This document shows positions 17,238 through 26,430 of a stretch of DNA of 64,000 nt, in pieces. The notes under the pieces are model-generated. The model was not told where the DNA came from. It did not search any database and worked only from the letters and a program-made list of their open reading frames with translations. Each line of letters starts with the position of its first letter. The first letter of the stretch is position 1. The stretch covers positions 566,567 to 630,566 of the forward strand of contig JAQBRT010000001.1 of the NCBI GenBank assembly GCA_028286345.1, given 5' to 3'. The position numbers and the translations under genes were made by a program. This DNA comes from Candidatus Saccharimonadota bacterium. Its GTDB lineage: Bacteria > Patescibacteriota > Saccharimonadia > Saccharimonadales > UBA4665.

Positions 17238-20200
17238 ATGGCGAAAGCAGCAACCGCATCAAAGAACAGCCGTGTTTTTTATACCAACACGGACGATGCA
17301 CTAGACCTACCAAGCTTGGTAGACCACCAAAATAAGTCATTCCAATGGTTTGTCGATGAAGGGCTCGGTGAATTGCTCGCCGAAATTAGTCCGATTGATG
17401 ACTACACCGGTGGCAAATTATCATTAAGTTTTAAAGATTACCACTTTGGCGACCCTAAGCTTTCCGAAGCTAACGCCCGTGAGAATAACGTCAGCTACGA
17501 AGCGCCATTAATGGCCAACGTCGAGCTAACCAACAAAGTCACCGGCGAAGTCAAAGAGCAAGAAATCTACCTGGGTGACTACCCATGGATGACCAGCCGC
17601 GGTACATTTGTGATCAACGGCGCTGAGCGCGTTGTGGTATCACAGCTGATCCGTTCTGCGGGCGTCTTCTTTACAAGCGACCTCCACGGTTCTAAGAACC
17701 TTTATGGTGCTAAAGTCATTCCTGGCCGTGGTGCATGGCTCGAATTTGAGACCGCTGCTAGCGGCGCCCTCTTTGTTAAGATCGACCGTAAGCGCAAGAT
17801 TGCTGTCACTACCTTGCTCCGCGCCCTCGGTGTTACCGAAGCCCGCATGAGGGAAAACTTTAAGCACGTCGACTCTGGCAAGACCAGCTACCTCGATGCC
17901 ACATTAGAAAAAGACCCAACCAAGGGCCAAAATGACGCCCTGATTGAAGTCTACCGCCGTCTCCGCCCGGGTGACCTGGCAACCGTCGATAACGCCAAGA
18001 GCCTTATCGAAAACATGTTCTACAACTACAAGCGCTTCGATTTTAGCCGCGTTGGCCGCTACAAGATCAACAAGCGCCTCAACTTAGATGTAGCCAACAC
18101 CCTCGAGAACCGCGTTATGCGCCTCGAAGATATTGAAGCCATCATCGCTGAGGTTATCCGCCTCAACAACACCCAGGAACCTGCTGATGACATCGACTCA
18201 CTAGCCAACCGCCGCGTAAAATTGGTCGGTGAACTGGTTCAGCGCCAATTCCGCATTGGTTTGCTGCGCATGGAGCGTAACACCAAGGACCGTATGTCTA
18301 TGAGTGAAATCGAAACAGTTTCTCCTGGCCAGCTGATTAACGCCCGCCCAGTAGTTGCCGCTGTCCGTGAATTCTTTGCTAGCTCACAGCTGTCACAGTT
18401 TATGGACCAGATTAACCCGTTGTCAGAACTCGCCCACAAGCGCCGTTTGAGCTCAATGGGCCCTGGTGGCCTCTCCCGTGAGCGCGCCGGCTTCGAAGTC
18501 CGTGACGCCCATGCCACCCACTACGGCCGTATCTGTGCTGTAGAAACACCGGAAGGTGCCAACATTGGACTCGTGCTTAACCTCGCTAACTTTGCCCGTG
18601 TTAACGACTACGGTTTTGTGGAAACACCTTACCGCAAGGTCATTAACGCCGCCACCGCTAAGGACATCGCCGGCCACATTGCCGCCGAAGACCTGGCTGA
18701 CGAAAAAGGTAAAGTCCTGGTTAAGGCCGGTACAAAGCTAACAGCAGCAGACGCCGCTAAGCTTGCCAAAGTTACCAGCCAGGTTACATGGCCAGTAAAA
18801 GCCAAAGTTACCACTGAAGTTGTTTACCTTGATGCTTACGAAGAAGAATCAGTCGTCGTTGCCGGTGGTGGTTCTGAAATTGACGAAAACGGTTACTTTA
18901 AGAACGAGCGTGTTTCTGCCCGCTTGAACCTAAAATCCGGTGAAGTCGATGCCAACGATGTCACCCACATCGATGCCAGCCGCAACCAGATTATTGGTAG
19001 CTCAGCCGGTTTGATCCCTTTCATTGAAAAGAACTATGTCTACCGCTCACTCATGGGTAGTAACCAGCAGCGCCAAGCTGTACCACTGATCCAGCCTGAA
19101 AGCCCAGTTGTTGGTACCGGCCTTGAAGTTGCCGCTGCCCGTAACACAGGCCAAGTTATCCTTGCCGAAGCTGACGGTGAAGTCACCCAAGCAACTGCTG
19201 AAGCAGTCATTGTTAAGTACAAAGAAGGCAGCATTACCTACGAACCACGCCGCTTTACCCGTTCTAACGAAGGCACCAGCATCAACCAAAAAGTTGTTGT
19301 CTCAACTGGTGACAAAGTTAAGGCCGGTGACGTACTGATCGAAGGTATGTCAATCCAGGGCGGGGAACTTGCCCTTGGTAAGGACCTCATCGTGGCTTTC
19401 ATGCCATGGAGTGGTTACAACTTTGAAGACGCCATCATCATTAGCCGCAAACTCGTCGAAGACGACACACTGACCTCAGTCCACATTGTTGACTTCATGA
19501 TTGAAGTCCGCGAAACCAAGCTGGGACCAGAAGTTGTTACCCGCGACATCCCTAATGTTTCAGAAGAAACCCTGCGCCACCTCGACGACGACGGTATTGT
19601 CCGCATCGGTGCCGAAGTGCACCCAGGCGACATCCTAGTTGGTAAGATTACGCCAAAGGGCGAGCAAGAGCTAAGTAGCGAAGAACGCCTACTGCGCGCT
19701 ATCTTTGGTGAAAAAGCCAAGGAAGTCCGCGATACCTCACAGCGCATGTCTAACGGCAAGCACGGTAAAGTTGTTGGCGTTAAAGTCTTTAGCCGCGAAA
19801 ACGGTCACGAACTTAAAGCCGGTGTCATCATGCAAATCCAGGTCTTTGTGGCCCAGATGCGTAAGATTGCTGTCGGCGACAAACTCGGTGGCCGCCACGG
19901 TAACAAGGGTGTTATTGCCCGTATCTTGCCTATTGAAGACATGCCATTCATGGAAGATGGTACCCCAGTTGACATCATTTTGAACCCGCTCGGTGTGCCA
20001 TCACGTATGAACATCGGCCAACTGTTCGAAACTCACCTTGGTATGGCTGCCCGTGCCCTAGGCATGAAAGTTGCTAGCCCATCATTTAATGGTGTGCCAG
20101 TTGCTAAGATCCAAGAACTGCTCAAGCAAGCCGGCTTCCCAGAAGACGGTAAGCAGCAGCTATTTGACGGCCGCACCGGTGACGCCTTTAAAGAGCGCAC

Positions 20201-20792
20201 CACAACCGGTTCTATGTACATGATTAAGCTCAACCACATGGTTGCCGATAAAATCCACGCCCGTTCGACTGGTCCATACACTATGGTCACCCAGCAGCCA
20301 CTTGGTGGTAAGGCCCAAAATGGTGGCCAGCGCTTTGGCGAAATGGAAGTATGGGCCCTCGAAGCCTACGGTGCCGCCACCACGCTTCAGGAAATGCTCA
20401 CCATTAAGTCCGATGATGTCTACGGCCGTTCTAAAGCCTACGAATCCATCATTAAGAAAACCGAAATTGTTGGTCCAAAGGTTCCAGAAAGCTTCAATGT
20501 CCTAGTTAAAGAGCTCCAAGGCCTTGGCCTGAAAGTTGATCTTGTCCACTCGGACAACATCATCGATGCCGAAGAAGTCTTGGCAACCAACATCCACGAA
20601 GAAGCAACCCATCCTGCAGAAGTTGAAGTCCCACAAGCCAGTATCAGTGATATCGATGTTACCGAGGAAGTTCCTGGAGACGACTTTAGTGTCGTAACCA
20701 GCGATGACGACTTCACCGACGCTGTCATGGTTACCGCAGACACAACTGATCCGGATGCCACTACAGATGTTAACGAAGAAGAGGAGGCGTAA
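17238..20792 (+). CDS. rpoB: DNA-directed RNA polymerase subunit beta, with acidic C-terminal tail
   Basis: Conserved blocks SQLSQFMDQINPL, GPGGLSRERAGFEVRD, RHGNKGV and GGQRFGEMEVWALEAYGA. AAGGGGG RBS. Confidence 0.97.
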   Translation: MAKAATASKNSRVFYTNTDDALDLPSLVDHQNKSFQWFVDEGLGELLAEISPIDDYTGGKLSLSFKDYHFGDPKLSEANARENNVSYEAPLMANVELTNKVTGEVKEQEIYLGDYPWMTSRGTFVINGAERVVVSQLIRSAGVFFTSDLHGSKNLYGAKVIPGRGAWLEFETAASGALFVKIDRKRKIAVTTLLRALGVTEARMRENFKHVDSGKTSYLDATLEKDPTKGQNDALIEVYRRLRPGDLATVDNAKSLIENMFYNYKRFDFSRVGRYKINKRLNLDVANTLENRVMRLEDIEAIIAEVIRLNNTQEPADDIDSLANRRVKLVGELVQRQFRIGLLRMERNTKDRMSMSEIETVSPGQLINARPVVAAVREFFASSQLSQFMDQINPLSELAHKRRLSSMGPGGLSRERAGFEVRDAHATHYGRICAVETPEGANIGLVLNLANFARVNDYGFVETPYRKVINAATAKDIAGHIAAEDLADEKGKVLVKAGTKLTAADAAKLAKVTSQVTWPVKAKVTTEVVYLDAYEEESVVVAGGGSEIDENGYFKNERVSARLNLKSGEVDANDVTHIDASRNQIIGSSAGLIPFIEKNYVYRSLMGSNQQRQAVPLIQPESPVVGTGLEVAAARNTGQVILAEADGEVTQATAEAVIVKYKEGSITYEPRRFTRSNEGTSINQKVVVSTGDKVKAGDVLIEGMSIQGGELALGKDLIVAFMPWSGYNFEDAIIISRKLVEDDTLTSVHIVDFMIEVRETKLGPEVVTRDIPNVSEETLRHLDDDGIVRIGAEVHPGDILVGKITPKGEQELSSEERLLRAIFGEKAKEVRDTSQRMSNGKHGKVVGVKVFSRENGHELKAGVIMQIQVFVAQMRKIAVGDKLGGRHGNKGVIARILPIEDMPFMEDGTPVDIILNPLGVPSRMNIGQLFETHLGMAARALGMKVASPSFNGVPVAKIQELLKQAGFPEDGKQQLFDGRTGDAFKERTTTGSMYMIKLNHMVADKIHARSTGPYTMVTQQPLGGKAQNGGQRFGEMEVWALEAYGAATTLQEMLTIKSDDVYGRSKAYESIIKKTEIVGPKVPESFNVLVKELQGLGLKVDLVHSDNIIDAEEVLATNIHEEATHPAEVEVPQASISDIDVTEEVPGDDFSVVTSDDDFTDAVMVTADTTDPDATTDVNEEEEA

Positions 20793-20793
20793 G

Positions 20794-23700
20794 ATGAGTT
20801 ACCAACGCTATTCAAACAATGGTACTGATATCGCTGACTTCGATGCAGTGCGCCTAAGTGTCGCCAGCCCAACCGATATCCTCGACTGGAGCTACGGCGA
20901 AGTTACCAAGCCAGAAACCATCAACTACCGCACCCAAAAGCCAGAACGCGATGGTTTGTTCTGTGAACGCATTTTTGGTCCAGTAAAAGACATTAACCCC
21001 CACGATGCTAAGTACAAAGGCGTTCGTTCCCGCGAAGCTGCCGTTGATAAGAACGGTGAGCTGGTTACCAAGAGCATTGTCCGCCGTGAACGCATGGGCC
21101 ACATTAACCTGGCTGTTCCGGTTGCTCACATTTGGTTCCTGCGTGGTACACCATCAGCTATGGGCTTACTGCTCGGCATGACAGTCAAGAACCTCGAGCG
21201 TGTTGCTTACTTTGCAAGCTACATCGTTAAAGAGGTAGACACCGCCAAGCGTGACCAAATGCTAGCCGATAAAGAAGCTGAATTTGCAGCCGCTAAAGAA
21301 GCCATCAAGCTTCGCTACGAAAAAGAAGCTGAAGCTGAAGACGCTAACGTCAAAGCCCTGGCTGAGATGCAGACTAAAGAAACCGAAGAAGTCACCAAGG
21401 ACTTCGAAATCCTCAAAGACCAGATCACTGGCCTTGACCGACTGCGCTTGATGAATGAGACCGACTACCGGGCATTGCCTGACAAACTGCGTGAAATCAT
21501 CAAAGTTGGAATGGGTGCAGCTGCACTTAAGGACTTGCTCGATGGCATCGACCTCAAAGTCCTGATTGGCGAACTGACAGCCGAGTCAGAAGAAGCTAAA
21601 GGCCAGCGCAAGAAGAAGCTGATGAAGCGCCTTCGTTTGCTCGAGTCCATGGACCGCGCCAAGATTAAGCCAAGTTCTATGTGTGTCTCGGTCCTGCCGG
21701 TCATCCCTCCGGATTTGCGCCCAATGGTGCAGTTAACTGGTGGCCGCTTTGCGACCTCCGACCTAAACGACCTGTACCGCCGTGTCATTAACCGTAACAA
21801 CCGCCTCAAGAAACTCATCGACCTCAACGCCCCAGAAGTTATCCGCCGCAACGAGCAGCGCATGCTTCAGGAAGCCGTCGATGCCTTAATTGACAACAAC
21901 AGCGCCCGCAGTGGCCGCGCCGTAGCCGCAACTGGCCAACGCCGCCGCCTCAAGTCTTTGAGCGACATGCTTAAAGGTAAGCAGGGCCGTTTCCGTCAGA
22001 ACTTGCTCGGTAAGCGTGTTGACTACTCCGGCCGTTCAGTCATCGTGGCTGGCCCAGAGCTTAAGATTAACCAGTGTGGCCTGCCAAAGATGATGGCGCT
22101 CGAATTATTCAAGCCATTCGTCATCGGTGAACTGATTTTCCGTGAGCAGGCCCACAACATCCGTTCTGCTAGCCGCCTGATCGAAATGGGTGAGACAGTA
22201 GTTTGGGACGCACTTGATGAAGTCATTAAGGGTAAGTACGTACTACTGAACCGCGCACCATCACTTCACCGACTCTCAATCCAGGCTTTCATGCCTGTGC
22301 TGATTGAAGGCCGTGCTATCCAGCTCCATCCGCTCGTTTGTAAAGGCTTTAACGCCGACTTTGATGGTGACCAAATGGCCGTTCACTTGCCACTTAGTGA
22401 CAAAGCACAGGCCGAAGCCCGCGACATCATGGCTGCTAACCGCAACCTGCTGAAGCCAGCTGATGGTTCACCAATCCTGCACATTGAGCAGGACATCGTC
22501 CTCGGTTGCTACTACCTGACCTACGACCGCCCCGGCTTTACTGCCGACCAGGCTAAGGGCTACGCTGACATCGACGAAGCCATCATGGCCTTTGACGCCG
22601 GCGTCGTTACCCTCCAGAGCTACATCCGTGTACCTTTCCGCGGCCAAACCCGCACCACGACCCTAGGCCGTGTCCTATTTAACGAAACCTTCCCAGACGA
22701 CTTTACTTTCCAAGACGAAGCCATGACCAAGAAGCGCCTGCAAAAGGTTATGGGCCAGGTCTACGCGCAGTACGGACAGGAACAGACCGCCGAAATCGCC
22801 GACGCCCTCAAGGATATTGGCTTTACTTACGCAACCACCTCTGGCCTATCAATGGGCATGGGTGACTTTGCTCCAATCATCGGTATGGATGGCCTGCTTG
22901 ATGACGGTGAAGACCGCGCCACAGCTATCTCTGAGCAGTACGAAGAAGGCTTCATTACCGAAGAAGAGCGTTACCGTTTGACCGTCGACAACTGGACTAA
23001 GATCGATACCCAGGTGCAGGACCTGCTTGCCAAACAAATGGTTGGCCAGGACTCATCAATGGCTATCGCCATCACCTCTGGTGCCCGTGGTAACATCTCC
23101 CAGATGAAAATGTGTGTTGGTATGCTCGGAGTCTTCTCTGACGCAACCGGTAACGCCATTGAGCTGCCAATTAAAGCCGGCTACATCCACGGCTTGAACC
23201 CGCTTGAATACTTTACTGGTACCCGTGGTACCCGTAAGGCGCTGATCGACATTGCCCTGAAGACTGCCGACGCTGGTTACTTGACCCGCCGTTTGGTCGA
23301 CGTCTCACAAGATGTCTTTACCATCAATGACGATACTACTGACCCAGGCTTTGCTATGCTCCGCGCCGACGCCACAGAAATTGGTGTCAGCTACGCCTCG
23401 CGCCTTGTTGGCCGCTTTGCCGCTGAAGCTATCAAGGGCCACATTAAGAAGGGTGAACTATTTACCCCAGAAATTGCTGATGCTGTTGGCGCCGATGAAA
23501 CACTTGACGGTGTTAAGATCATGAGCGGCCTTAGCTGTTCTAACGTTCGTGGCGTCTCCCAGAAGAGCTATGGTGTTGACCCAGCTACCGGCCTCCTAGT
23601 TGCCGACCACCACCCAATTGGTGTCATTGCAGCCCAGAGTATTGGTGAGCCGGGGACCCAGCTGTCACTGGACTCCAAGCACCGTTCCGGCGCCGTCCTG

Positions 23701-24645
23701 GCTGACGATACTGCCCAAGGTCTCTCACGTATTGAGGAACTCTTCGAAGTCCGCCAGCCTAAGGGACAGGCCTACCTGACCGAAATTAGCGGTATCGCTA
23801 ACGTCTGGGAAGAGGGCGACCACTACGTTGTTCAAGTTACTGCTGATGACAACGAAGCAGTCCGCCTTAAGCTCGGTGAGCGCAAAGCACAGATCGCCAG
23901 CGGCACTGATGTTGCCCTTGGTGACGTCGTTGCAGCCCTAGAAGACAACTCAGAACCTCTGGTTGCCACCATGGCAGGCAAGGCCGAAGTTACTGGCAAG
24001 GAAGTCATCATTACGCCAACCAAACAAAGTGTTGTCCGTTACGAGATTCCTGGCTACAAGCAGATCCAACTGCTTGACGGTGACAAAGTCATTGCTGGCC
24101 AGCGCCTGACTAACGGTTCAATCAACCTCCAGGACCTCATGCGCCTGCAAGGTGTTGAGCCAACCCAGCGCTACATCATGAACGAAATCCTGCGAATCTT
24201 CGCCGGCCAGGGTCAGAACATTGCTGACAAGCACCTGGAAATCATCGTTCGCCAGATGTTTAGCCGTGTCCAGATCGAAGAAGCTGGCGACAGCGAATTC
24301 GTAACTGGTGATGTTGTCTCTAAGCTGGCTGTCGTTGAAGCAAGCGAGGCCTTAATAGCCGAGAAGAAGAACCCTGCCAAGTACAACCAGCTGCTCCTTG
24401 GTATTACCAAGGCAAGTTTGAGCACCGACTCATTCTTGAGCGCCGCCTCATTCCAAGACACTACCCGTGTCCTGATCGGCGCCGCTACCAGTGGTAAGCT
24501 CGACCGCCTCTACGGCCTCAAGGAAAATGTTATCCTTGGCCGCAAGATCCCGGTTGGTACTGGTTGGACAGACCGACTCGCCTTAGATGACGAGGTCGAC
24601 GCTGACCTGCTCGAAGAAGCCGGCACCATGCTCGGCGACGCCTAA
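20794..24645 (+). CDS. rpoC: DNA-directed RNA polymerase subunit beta'
   Basis: NADFDGDQMAVH catalytic motif. ATG 20794 lies 1 nt after the rpoB stop, with a GAGGAGG RBS inside the rpoB 3' end. The track's 20704 extension is rejected. Confidence 0.97.
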   Translation: MSYQRYSNNGTDIADFDAVRLSVASPTDILDWSYGEVTKPETINYRTQKPERDGLFCERIFGPVKDINPHDAKYKGVRSREAAVDKNGELVTKSIVRRERMGHINLAVPVAHIWFLRGTPSAMGLLLGMTVKNLERVAYFASYIVKEVDTAKRDQMLADKEAEFAAAKEAIKLRYEKEAEAEDANVKALAEMQTKETEEVTKDFEILKDQITGLDRLRLMNETDYRALPDKLREIIKVGMGAAALKDLLDGIDLKVLIGELTAESEEAKGQRKKKLMKRLRLLESMDRAKIKPSSMCVSVLPVIPPDLRPMVQLTGGRFATSDLNDLYRRVINRNNRLKKLIDLNAPEVIRRNEQRMLQEAVDALIDNNSARSGRAVAATGQRRRLKSLSDMLKGKQGRFRQNLLGKRVDYSGRSVIVAGPELKINQCGLPKMMALELFKPFVIGELIFREQAHNIRSASRLIEMGETVVWDALDEVIKGKYVLLNRAPSLHRLSIQAFMPVLIEGRAIQLHPLVCKGFNADFDGDQMAVHLPLSDKAQAEARDIMAANRNLLKPADGSPILHIEQDIVLGCYYLTYDRPGFTADQAKGYADIDEAIMAFDAGVVTLQSYIRVPFRGQTRTTTLGRVLFNETFPDDFTFQDEAMTKKRLQKVMGQVYAQYGQEQTAEIADALKDIGFTYATTSGLSMGMGDFAPIIGMDGLLDDGEDRATAISEQYEEGFITEEERYRLTVDNWTKIDTQVQDLLAKQMVGQDSSMAIAITSGARGNISQMKMCVGMLGVFSDATGNAIELPIKAGYIHGLNPLEYFTGTRGTRKALIDIALKTADAGYLTRRLVDVSQDVFTINDDTTDPGFAMLRADATEIGVSYASRLVGRFAAEAIKGHIKKGELFTPEIADAVGADETLDGVKIMSGLSCSNVRGVSQKSYGVDPATGLLVADHHPIGVIAAQSIGEPGTQLSLDSKHRSGAVLADDTAQGLSRIEELFEVRQPKGQAYLTEISGIANVWEEGDHYVVQVTADDNEAVRLKLGERKAQIASGTDVALGDVVAALEDNSEPLVATMAGKAEVTGKEVIITPTKQSVVRYEIPGYKQIQLLDGDKVIAGQRLTNGSINLQDLMRLQGVEPTQRYIMNEILRIFAGQGQNIADKHLEIIVRQMFSRVQIEEAGDSEFVTGDVVSKLAVVEASEALIAEKKNPAKYNQLLLGITKASLSTDSFLSAASFQDTTRVLIGAATSGKLDRLYGLKENVILGRKIPVGTGWTDRLALDDEVDADLLEEAGTMLGDA

Positions 24646-24661
24646 ACGCTTCGGTGTTAGT

Positions 24662-24691
24662 AAAAACCCGCTAAATAAAAGGCGGGTTTTT
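24662..24691 (+). terminator. Rho-independent terminator after rpoC
   Basis: AAAAACCCGC-loop-GCGGGTTTTT. Confidence 0.75.
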
Positions 24692-24696
24692 ACTGC

Positions 24697-24725
24697 TTGA
24701 ACATCTCGCCGTAATCTGTTAGAGT
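24697..24725 (+). promoter_or_regulatory. Candidate str-operon promoter TTGAAC-17 nt-TAGAGT
   Basis: The hexamers have canonical spacing and sit immediately after the rpoC terminator, about 85 nt upstream of rpsL. Confidence 0.4.
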
Positions 24726-24808
24726 AGTAGAGATATTAAGAGTAGTTTGAGCCGGGCGATAGGCATTATCCCTGCAGCAGATAGACTACAACCGTAGAAG
24801 GAGATTAA

Positions 24809-25222
24809 ATGCCAACAATCAATCAGCTTGTTCGCAAGCCGCGTTCTAAGGTGACTTCCAAGAGTAAGTCGCCAGCAATGCAGCGCGTCGTGAACAACCT
24901 TAAGACTAAAAATTATGAAAAGCCAGCGCCATTTAAGCGCGGCGTTTGTGTCAAGGTAACAACCAAGACTCCAAAAAAACCAAACTCAGCCCTGCGTAAG
25001 GTTGCCCGTGTGCGCCTCAGCAACGGCTATGAAGTTTGGGCCTACATCGGTGGCGAAGGCCACAACCTCCAGGAACACGCCGTAGTGCTGGTCCGTGGTG
25101 GACGTGTAAAGGACCTTCCTGGTGTGCGTTACCACATTGTTCGTGGTAGCCTCGACCTCCAAGGTGTTAACAACCGCAAGCAAGGCCGTTCTAAGTACGG
25201 CACTAAGAAGGACGCAAAGTAA
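24809..25222 (+). CDS. rpsL: 30S ribosomal protein S12
   Basis: [12 protein letters not shown]... and [26 protein letters not shown]. Confidence 0.97.
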   Translation: MPTINQLVRKPRSKVTSKSKSPAMQRVVNNLKTKNYEKPAPFKRGVCVKVTTKTPKKPNSALRKVARVRLSNGYEVWAYIGGEGHNLQEHAVVLVRGGRVKDLPGVRYHIVRGSLDLQGVNNRKQGRSKYGTKKDAK

Positions 25223-25701
25223 TGCCACGCAAGAAAACTAAAGCCCTCGTCCGCGAGGTCGCCCCAGACCGCATCTACAACAGCGAACAGATCCAGAAGC
25301 TCATCAACCGCGTCATGTTGAACGGTAAAAAGCAGATGGCAGAACGCCTGGTTTACAACGGTATGGAAAAAGCCGCTAAGAAGCTTAAAGTGGAAAACCC
25401 ACTCGAAGTCTTTGAAACCGCCTTCAAGAACATCCAGCCACACCTCGAGACCCGCTCCCGCCGTGTCGGTGGTGCAAACTACCAGATCCCTTTCGAAGTT
25501 AAAGGCCAGCGCCAGAACCACCTGACTACTATGTGGTTTGTGGCTGCCGCCCGCTCCCGCAAAGGTATGAGCATGGAAGACCGAATTGCGGCCGAACTCG
25601 CCGACGCCTACAACGGCCAAGGTGCCGCTGTTAAGAAGCGCGAAGACACTCACAAGATGGCCGAAGCCAACCGCGCCTTTGCGCACTTCGCCCGGACCTA
25701 A
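25222..25701 (+). CDS. rpsG: 30S ribosomal protein S7
   Basis: MPRKK..., GGANYQIPFEV and the conserved C-terminus AHFAR. Overlaps the rpsL stop by 1 nt. Confidence 0.97.
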   Translation: MPRKKTKALVREVAPDRIYNSEQIQKLINRVMLNGKKQMAERLVYNGMEKAAKKLKVENPLEVFETAFKNIQPHLETRSRRVGGANYQIPFEVKGQRQNHLTTMWFVAAARSRKGMSMEDRIAAELADAYNGQGAAVKKREDTHKMAEANRAFAHFART

Positions 25702-25729
25702 TCTCATGGCTTCAGCTAAACCTTAGGTC

Positions 25730-25966
25730 ATGAATATGTGCCCATATCGTGAGGGTGTAGAGTGCAAATTGTTTTTTGAAAGCACGCTGAGCGTAGAAAT
25801 AGACCCTAAGCAGACTAAAGCAGCTGAGCAGGCAGGTTTTTTGGTAGTTGGCGGTATCGTCAGTGAGGCTGGTCGCCAACGGGAAACAGCTGCAATATAT
25901 ATTTGTGATGCTGCACTTGAGGCTGACATGTCACTCGTTGAAAAAGCTGCCGCATTTGAGATCTAA
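25730..25966 (+). CDS. Hypothetical 78-aa Cys-containing protein (insert 1a, rpsG|fusA junction)
   Basis: Open frame MNMCPYREGVECKLFF..., followed by an 11-bp-stem terminator. Confidence 0.45.
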   Translation: MNMCPYREGVECKLFFESTLSVEIDPKQTKAAEQAGFLVVGGIVSEAGRQRETAAIYICDAALEADMSLVEKAAAFEI

Positions 25967-25972
25967 GTACTA

Positions 25973-26012
25973 GCAAAAACCGGACGACCTTTGCAGGAAG
26001 CCCGGTTTTTGC
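25973..26012 (+). terminator. Hairpin terminator GCAAAAACCGG-N18-CCGGTTTTTGC
   Basis: Perfect 11-bp inverted repeat with a T-run in the 3' arm. The A-run in the 5' arm would allow bidirectional function. Confidence 0.6.
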
Positions 26013-26040
26013 TATGCTGCAAACAAGCGAGGAATAATAC

Positions 26041-26331
26041 ATGACAACAGAGAAAACAAACGTCGTAGTACCAGTGCAACGTGCACGGTCATGGGAAGGA
26101 CAGTCTACTAGTCACCACCGCGGAACAGGGGAAGATATTGTACGGCACACCCTTGGGGAAAGGGTCATACGCTGGTACGATGAGCAGCAAGCTTCCAAAA
26201 CCGATCTAGAAACGCACATAGCGAGCGAAATAGAGTATGCCGGTAGCACCCCACTAGCCAACACGCTAGAGCTTGCCGCTCGCCATGTTGGCGTCAAGCT
26301 TTTACAGCTTACAAAAGCCGTTCTAGGCTAG
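26041..26331 (+). CDS. Hypothetical 96-aa protein (insert 1b)
   Basis: GAGGAA RBS 6 nt upstream of the ATG. Open frame. Confidence 0.5.
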   Translation: MTTEKTNVVVPVQRARSWEGQSTSHHRGTGEDIVRHTLGERVIRWYDEQQASKTDLETHIASEIEYAGSTPLANTLELAARHVGVKLLQLTKAVLG

Positions 26332-26430
26332 TAAATCTATTGATTTTTTCGTATAATGGTTCAAAGCCGTGTTTTTTGGTGTCAAAAAACGCTTTTATAG
26401 AAACTAATTCCCCGTAAAGGACCCCCGCAA

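Noticed and set aside
25129-25707. 192-aa - strand ORF antisense to rpsG. Similar long antisense ORFs occur at 6606-7274, 34680-35345, 39789-40340, 36512-36949 and 41417-41884.
   Set aside because: They lie entirely inside strongly conserved + strand genes and have low-complexity or odd composition. They are typical shadow ORFs.
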